A stretch of 64,000 bases of DNA. Origin: Bacilli bacterium. GTDB taxonomy: Bacteria > Bacillota_I > Bacilli_A > RFN20 > CAG-826. This document shows positions 58,442 to 64,000 of the stretch, piece after piece. Position numbers and translations under genes: made by a program. Location of the stretch: NCBI GenBank assembly GCA_045597865.1, contig JAZLKX010000001.1:32001-96000 (forward strand), written 5' to 3'. Below the pieces are notes generated by a model. That model ran no database searches. It was not told the origin of the DNA and worked only from the letters and a program-made list of their open reading frames with translations. The stretch's first letter is position 1. Each line of letters opens with the position of its first letter.

Positions 58442-59167
58442 TTGATATTAACAAAATTATTGAGCATAATAAATTTAATGAAAGAAAAAACAAAAAGAGT
58501 ATTTTTAGCTGCATTTGATATCCATAGCACAATCGGAAAGGTTATCGATATTTCTTTAATTGCGCTGGTTCTTAGCGCTGTTGTGGTTGGAGCGGTAAAA
58601 TGTTCTGATACTGATCAAGTTCACAAATCAAATCATTTTTTAAATGAAGCTACACTTGTGCACGGTATGTATAATGTTACAGCAAAAAGTGTTTTCAATA
58701 CCGAACAAGTTGAACTTTTAGACGATAGCAAACAAACGAATGTAATCAATAGTTTGTTTATTGGTATTAACCTAGAAATTAATTGTTTAGAGTCTTGCAA
58801 TAAAGACCATAAATTAGATTGCAACGATTTCAAAATAAAGAATCATACAGGGGTTTATGTTCCAATGAGCGATATTATGTCTTGTTTGGGTTGGGATGGC
58901 ATTGATGTTCATCTTACTAAGGAAGGTGAAGAATCTGTTATGAGTTCTTGTGATTTTGACACTGAGAAATGTGAAAAAGATTATTCTTTTTATGATACAG
59001 AACTTATAAAGAATGAAACCTATAATTTTACAATCTACTTCAAAATGGATAGATATATTGATGTTAAAACAAATATCACGGTTTTAGAAATCGATTTCTT
59101 TTCTGGTAAGAGGAAATATAGAGAAGGATCTGATATAGTTCTGCTTCCGAGACCTGAAAATATGTAA
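58442..59167 (+). CDS. Membrane-anchored hypothetical protein
   Basis: 241-aa ORF with one TM; likely start MKEKTK. Confidence 0.65.
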   Translation: MILTKLLSIINLMKEKTKRVFLAAFDIHSTIGKVIDISLIALVLSAVVVGAVKCSDTDQVHKSNHFLNEATLVHGMYNVTAKSVFNTEQVELLDDSKQTNVINSLFIGINLEINCLESCNKDHKLDCNDFKIKNHTGVYVPMSDIMSCLGWDGIDVHLTKEGEESVMSSCDFDTEKCEKDYSFYDTELIKNETYNFTIYFKMDRYIDVKTNITVLEIDFFSGKRKYREGSDIVLLPRPENM

Positions 59168-59170
59168 AAT

Positions 59171-59257
59171 CGGGTTTTTATCATTACGATTATTACAATC
59201 TATTCTAAAAACATACTTACCTTACCCTTAATCCCTTTCCTATAACAAAGGACAGGG
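59171..59257. repeat. Partial element C and hairpin D
   Basis: CGGGTTTTTATCATTACGATTATTACAATCTATTC; CCCTTTCC...GGACAGGG. Confidence 0.8.
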
Positions 59258-59402
59258 AAGAGATACACTTCCTATTATAGAGAAAGCAAAGCTTGATGAT
59301 GAATATGTTAAAAGATTCAATATCTTGTTTGATATTAGAATTATATTCAAAACAGTATTCTCAGCCTTTAGAGGCAAAGAGGAAGTAGAAGGAAAGAAGT
59401 AG
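59256..59402 (+). repeat. Direct-repeat copy of the sugar transferase 3' end (58065-58211)
   Basis: 147 bp, colinear, 10 substitutions; reads GRDTLPIIEKAKLDDEYVKRFNILFDIRIIFKTVFSAFRGKEEVEGKK*. Confidence 0.95.
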
Positions 59403-59584
59403 TCCTTCTATTTTTCTTATTTCATTCCTAGTCCTTCCCTTATCTCAAAAGGAAAGGGAATAAATTTGTATTAAATCTTTTATGCAAAAAATCATTTTCA
59501 TCATTCATATTAAAAAATATTAATATTAAAAAGCGCCCCCTTGTTATCAGGAACGCTTAGTTAGATTGGGTCATAATTTCCTTT

Positions 59585-59962
59585 CTAGTGTTTTGAAGTA
59601 TAATCAATAAACATATAAGTAGATAGATTGACTATACCGTAGCCATATTTGTAAGGACGTTTTCTCACAGAATATGACTTACCGTTGAATGAGTAGTTAA
59701 GATTGTTAGATTTGGCTTCATTTACACAATGATAAGTAAACTCTAGATTTGTCTCATCGTTGCCTCCGCCATATGATTGTGGATAAATGTGGTCGATTTC
59801 CCAGCCACAATCTTCTAGCCTACCGTCTGGAGTAATTCTTTTTGAGCAATTATCTCCATGGTCATCTAGATAAATCCAATAACCATAACAATCTCTAACC
59901 CATTTTGTGTAACCGTATCGTTTATACCACAATGCAGTTAAGTTTTGATCATCAATTGTCAT
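59585..59962 (-). CDS. Small HNH endonuclease
   Basis: GWEIDHIYPQSYGGGNDETNL...NEAKSN; AGGAG RBS. Confidence 0.85.
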   Translation of the reverse strand: MTIDDQNLTALWYKRYGYTKWVRDCYGYWIYLDDHGDNCSKRITPDGRLEDCGWEIDHIYPQSYGGGNDETNLEFTYHCVNEAKSNNLNYSFNGKSYSVRKRPYKYGYGIVNLSTYMFIDYTSKH

Positions 59963-60138
59963 TTTATGGTCTCCTTTCTTTTATAGAGTTTATAGGTGGC
60001 TCTCACCAGATATTCGGAATATCTACCTTAATTATATAAGAAAATATATGTATGTCAATCATTTAAAAGGTAAAAATCGCTCTTTTTACCGTTATCATAT
60101 AAAATTTAATATTAATAAATGTAAAATTCTTTGTATTT

Positions 60139-61404
60139 ATGGAATTTAATTGGTATAATATCATCGGCTGGAGGCACTTTATGGAATTTTTGTCACTATA
60201 TAAATACTTTGTAATGGATAAAACTAATAGTTTTGAGGAATATTACAAAACAAGATTTAATGCAGAATCTTCTTATCATTTTCCTTTAAAAATTGGTGAG
60301 TATGATGCTTTTTTCTATTATCATCCAGCAATTGCTGAACAATTAAATACGATATATAAACTTGATAAGCAAGTATCAGCAAGCTTTAAGGACTTACCTG
60401 GTATTGCTCAAAAACAATATATTAAAAAATCTTTGATAGATGAAATTGAAATGACAAACCAAATTGAAGGTGTTGTTTCAACTCGTAAGGAGATTCATGA
60501 TCTAATCACAGATATTGAAACAAAAGTCGCTAAGAAAAATAGATTCGATGGCATCGTTAAGAAGTATTACTATCTGATTGATAGTAGAAATGAAAAATTT
60601 ACTTCGTCTGCAGATATTAGAAAGCTTTATGATGACATTCTTCATAAAGAAGTTATTGAAGAAAATCCAAAGCATGAACTTGATGGAGCAATTTTCCGTA
60701 AAGACCAAGTTGAAGTTGATAAGTCTGGTATTTTGATTCACAATGGTGTTTTTCCAGAGTCCAAGATTATCGAATATATTGAAAATAGTCTATCTATTTT
60801 AAACCATGAAGATTTAGATCCTATTTTAAGGGCAGTAATTTTCCATTATCTTTTTGGGTATACTCATCCATTTTATGACGGCAATGGTAGGATGGCCCGT
60901 ATTTTAACAAGTTATGTCATTTCTAAAGAGTTGACCCCTATTAATGGATATAGATTATCTATGTCAATTAAGGAAAATCTTTCAAAATATTATGATGCTT
61001 TTAAATATACTAATGATCCAAGAAATCGTGGTGATATTAGCACATTTGTATATGAATTTCTTAACATTTTAATAGAAAGTTTACAAAAAACTATTATTTA
61101 CTCTAATAATAAAAAACAACAAATGGACGAGCTTTGGAAGATTGCATTAAGTAAGAACAAACTCACTCCAAAAGAAGTTAAATCAAACATTGCTTATTAT
61201 TTGTTACAAGCTCAGATGTTTTCGCATCTTGGTATCACAGTTTCTGAAATTTTTAAAGCTGGAAATAATGGCACGGAAAAAACGATTAGAAACAGTCTAA
61301 ACAGTTTAGTTGAAAGAAAAATTGCAATAGTTCAAAGAAGCGGAAGAACAAAATACTATATGTTGAGTTGTGATATGCTTGAAGAAGATGTTGTTAAGTC
61401 ATAA
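60139..61404 (+). CDS. Fic-family protein (likely start 60181)
   Basis: HPFYDGNGRMAR; TNQIEG; GGAGG RBS before 60181. Confidence 0.9.
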   Translation: MEFNWYNIIGWRHFMEFLSLYKYFVMDKTNSFEEYYKTRFNAESSYHFPLKIGEYDAFFYYHPAIAEQLNTIYKLDKQVSASFKDLPGIAQKQYIKKSLIDEIEMTNQIEGVVSTRKEIHDLITDIETKVAKKNRFDGIVKKYYYLIDSRNEKFTSSADIRKLYDDILHKEVIEENPKHELDGAIFRKDQVEVDKSGILIHNGVFPESKIIEYIENSLSILNHEDLDPILRAVIFHYLFGYTHPFYDGNGRMARILTSYVISKELTPINGYRLSMSIKENLSKYYDAFKYTNDPRNRGDISTFVYEFLNILIESLQKTIIYSNNKKQQMDELWKIALSKNKLTPKEVKSNIAYYLLQAQMFSHLGITVSEIFKAGNNGTEKTIRNSLNSLVERKIAIVQRSGRTKYYMLSCDMLEEDVVKS

Positions 61405-61408
61405 ATAA

Positions 61409-61502
61409 GTTTTCTCATTACGATTATTACAATCTATTCATAAAACATTAAGAAGACTTAAGTCTTCTTTTGTTTTTGATTTCTCGTATGAAATAGAGAA
61501 AT
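61409..61502. repeat. Element C, full copy
   Basis: Aligns with 46241-46338. Confidence 0.9.
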
Positions 61503-61576
61503 ACCTATACCTAATATAAATATTAAATATTTTTCTTTCTTATTACTTAATTAGATTATGTAACTAGAAAGAAGAT

Positions 61577-62152
61577 ATGAAAGAATTAATTAAGTTATCT
61601 ACATTATTCGTAATAGGATCACTTCTTGGTTACATTATTGAAGTTATATATAAAAGAGTTATATCTAAGAAGAAGTGGACCAACCCAGGTTTTCTTAAAG
61701 GACCATACTTACCTATCTATGGTTTTGGAACAATTGTGTTATATGAAATATCAAGTGTTCTTATAAGCTTACTTAATGTTCCAAAACCATTAGAGGTAAT
61801 TATTGTTATTTTAACCTTTGGCGTACTTCTAACTCTTTTAGAATTACTCTCTGGAATTATATTCCTTAAAAGATTTAATCTTAGACTCTGGGATTACTCC
61901 AAGAGAAAATTAAATCTTAATGGATTAATATGCCTTCGTTATAGTGTTTACTGGACTATTCTTGGAGTAGGTTATTTTTATCTACTACATCCATTATTTA
62001 TTAGACTTACGAATTTCTCTATTTCAAATCAATTCGTGAGTCTTATAATCGTCATTATTATGATCAGCATTCTTATTGATACATTCATGTCGTTTAATAT
62101 TCCTAAGAAGCTCACCAAAGTTGTAAGCGTTATTAGAAATAACATCTTATAG
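61577..62152 (+). CDS. Putative ABC transporter permease-like membrane protein (DUF1113/CmpB-like)
   Basis: GYIIE, GFLKGPYLPIYGFG, LWDYS...NLNGLICLRYSVYW. Confidence 0.75.
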   Translation: MKELIKLSTLFVIGSLLGYIIEVIYKRVISKKKWTNPGFLKGPYLPIYGFGTIVLYEISSVLISLLNVPKPLEVIIVILTFGVLLTLLELLSGIIFLKRFNLRLWDYSKRKLNLNGLICLRYSVYWTILGVGYFYLLHPLFIRLTNFSISNQFVSLIIVIIMISILIDTFMSFNIPKKLTKVVSVIRNNIL

Positions 62153-62364
62153 TTAAATGACTATTATCTATATAGTTTATTGCTATTTTTATTTCACCTT
62201 AACTTGGTGAATTATATAAGTGTGGATGGATCACTAGTAAATAATAATAATCTAAACGAATGTGAGAGTGATCCATCCACTTGATATATAAGCAGAGAGG
62301 ACAAAACGTGTCCTCACGCTTTTTCTTTATAGTTTATAAAATGATTTCATAAAAAAAGACACCA

Positions 62365-62577
62365 TTAACGAATGATGTCTATTGCAGAAACTTTGAGAGC
62401 TTCTGCGAACGTGTTGATCACCTCAATACTATCTGTACCATCCCTTTCTACGCGTCGAATAGTTCGAATCGAATAGAATGTCATGGCAGCTAACTCTTCT
62501 TGAGTCAGGTGATTCTTGAGCCTCAGCGATTTAATGGTAGCACCAATAGAACGCTGATCGATTAGGATAACGTTCAT
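62365..62577 (-). CDS. Small XRE-family HTH protein
   Basis: IKSLRLKNHLTQEELA...SIRTIRRVE; AGGAGG RBS. Confidence 0.85.
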   Translation of the reverse strand: MNVILIDQRSIGATIKSLRLKNHLTQEELAAMTFYSIRTIRRVERDGTDSIEVINTFAEALKVSAIDIIR

Positions 62578-62689
62578 AATGCATACCTCCTAAATGTTTC
62601 CTTCAATTCATTTAGAGGACTATAGATTATGAACTAATAATATTATATTAATTTTAATATAATAAGTCAAGATATTTAGAGGAAAATTT

Positions 62690-62872
62690 ATGAGTTTAGA
62701 TAAAGCAATTAAATATGGTAAAGAACACAGAAAACCTTATAGAGGGGCAAAGGCAGTTGATGTTTCCTGTAGGAATTACGGAGATTGTCCTTATTGCTTT
62801 GGAAATAGAACTTTTCAATTTCATAAAGAATTAGAAAAAGCTAAGTATTCAGTGAAGGAATTTAATAAATGA
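62690..62872 (+). CDS. Small basic hypothetical protein with Cys motif
   Basis: GAGG RBS; SCRNYGDCPYC; overlaps the start of the next gene. Confidence 0.65.
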   Translation: MSLDKAIKYGKEHRKPYRGAKAVDVSCRNYGDCPYCFGNRTFQFHKELEKAKYSVKEFNK

Positions 62873-63807
62873 AAAAATATTTTGTTATTAGTGACATTCA
62901 TAGCTTCTATACCCCAATGATTGAAGCATTAAATGAACAAGGTTATCAAAAAGACAATCCAAATCACATATTAATCGTTTTAGGAGACTTATTTGATCGT
63001 GGTGACGAAACAATTGAAGTCTATAACTTCTTATCAAGTCTTCCTAAGAATAGACGTATTTTAATATATGGAAATCATGAGCAATTATTCTTAGAACTAT
63101 TAAATAAGAAATTTCCTGATAAGTACGACTTTTCAAATAAGACAGTTAAAACATTTTGTCAGATTGCGAATAATGAGCTTATTAAAAAAGGAATAACCGG
63201 AAAACAATATGATGATAATGAACTTTATTATTCATATTTTGGTTACTATATGGATATTTCTCCTACAGATGTATGGAAAGAAATTCGCGAATTAGTTAAA
63301 CAAAGTGATGTTGCTAAGTTTATTAAAAGTAAATTTAATTGGGTTAATTACTATGAATTTGGTTATTACATTTTCGTGCATAGCTTTATCCCAACAAAAC
63401 TTAAAGCAAAGTGCTTAAAAAAGTTTGGTAAAGATTTTTATTCAGAAGATCCATCATTATATGAATATGATCCGAATTGGAGAGAAAGCGATATATGGAA
63501 GTTTGCGGTGTGGGGATGTCCTTTCACACAGTTTAAAGCAGGTCTATTTGATCCAGAGATAGAAAAAGGAAAAATATTAGTTTGTGGCCATTGGCATACA
63601 TCCGATTTCTTTAAATATTTGTCTAATGATCATTCTTATGCATATAAATGTGCTCCAATATATTACTCACTTCATTTAATCGGAATTGATGGTGGTGTTA
63701 TGTGGAGTAGAAAAGAAGGCTATATCCACAAACAAAATGTTTTAGTTATTGAAGAAACTGACTTAGGAGGAATAAAACAATGTTCAAATGCAATTCAGCA
63801 GGAATAG
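62869..63807 (+). CDS. Calcineurin-like metallophosphoesterase
   Basis: SDIHS, GDLFDRG, GNHE, GHWH, IDGG. Confidence 0.88.
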   Translation: MKKYFVISDIHSFYTPMIEALNEQGYQKDNPNHILIVLGDLFDRGDETIEVYNFLSSLPKNRRILIYGNHEQLFLELLNKKFPDKYDFSNKTVKTFCQIANNELIKKGITGKQYDDNELYYSYFGYYMDISPTDVWKEIRELVKQSDVAKFIKSKFNWVNYYEFGYYIFVHSFIPTKLKAKCLKKFGKDFYSEDPSLYEYDPNWRESDIWKFAVWGCPFTQFKAGLFDPEIEKGKILVCGHWHTSDFFKYLSNDHSYAYKCAPIYYSLHLIGIDGGVMWSRKEGYIHKQNVLVIEETDLGGIKQCSNAIQQE

Positions 63808-64000
63808 CTATCTCTTTTGAGATAAAAAGGCCTGATATGAGCACGTTCTACGATGAAGATGAATGGTGTTTAGTTAGTTTTAAGTTAACTTCTGGAAAAA
63901 TGTTGCGTTATGAGTGTGAAGACGCTTATGTGTTGCGTTTTTCAGAAATTAGAGAACTTCATGAAGCGTTAACAAAGCTTCTAATGAATGAATATAAAGA
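63780..64000 (+). CDS. Hypothetical protein running off the window end
   Basis: AGGAGG RBS then MFKCNSAGIAISFEIKRPD..., open to the end of the window. Confidence 0.6.
   Translation, partial: MFKCNSAGIAISFEIKRPDMSTFYDEDEWCLVSFKLTSGKMLRYECEDAYVLRFSEIRELHEALTKLLMNEYK

Noticed and set aside
1-64000. Mycoplasma-type genetic code (TGA=Trp), and tRNA/rRNA genes
   Set aside because: ORFs are full length under code 11 with TGA used as a stop (e.g. 49865); no cloverleaf or rRNA-like sequence was recognised.

Overview
Very AT-rich bacterial DNA using the standard genetic code (probably a low-GC Bacillota/Mollicutes-like lineage; the taxonomy is inference). The core (about 12.3-58.2 kb) is a large surface-polysaccharide locus: about 12 glycosyltransferases, two UDP-HexNAc 2-epimerases, FnlB/CapF, CapD/PglF, a priming sugar transferase, an ABC flippase, LicD, three pyruvyl-transferase domains, three O-antigen ligase/polymerase-like proteins and one intact IS4-family element with a 13-bp target duplication. 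The most unusual signal lies at the edges of the locus. Short defence/toxin-antitoxin cargo units sit between 147-290 bp direct repeats that are copies of the 3' end (or 3' flank) of conserved polysaccharide genes. The junctions coincide with families of imperfect hairpins (called A, B, C, D and X here), some with compensatory changes. No integrase is encoded in the window, so this looks like an integron-like cassette-accretion system acting in trans (inference). A second candidate system (46.6-53.2 kb) comprises a dGTPase-like HD protein, a separately promoted ~100-nt multi-hairpin RNA, an adenine methyltransferase, a GHKL-ATPase/histidine kinase, a receiver domain and an HNH nuclease. Product calls come from motif recognition only; no database searches were run.
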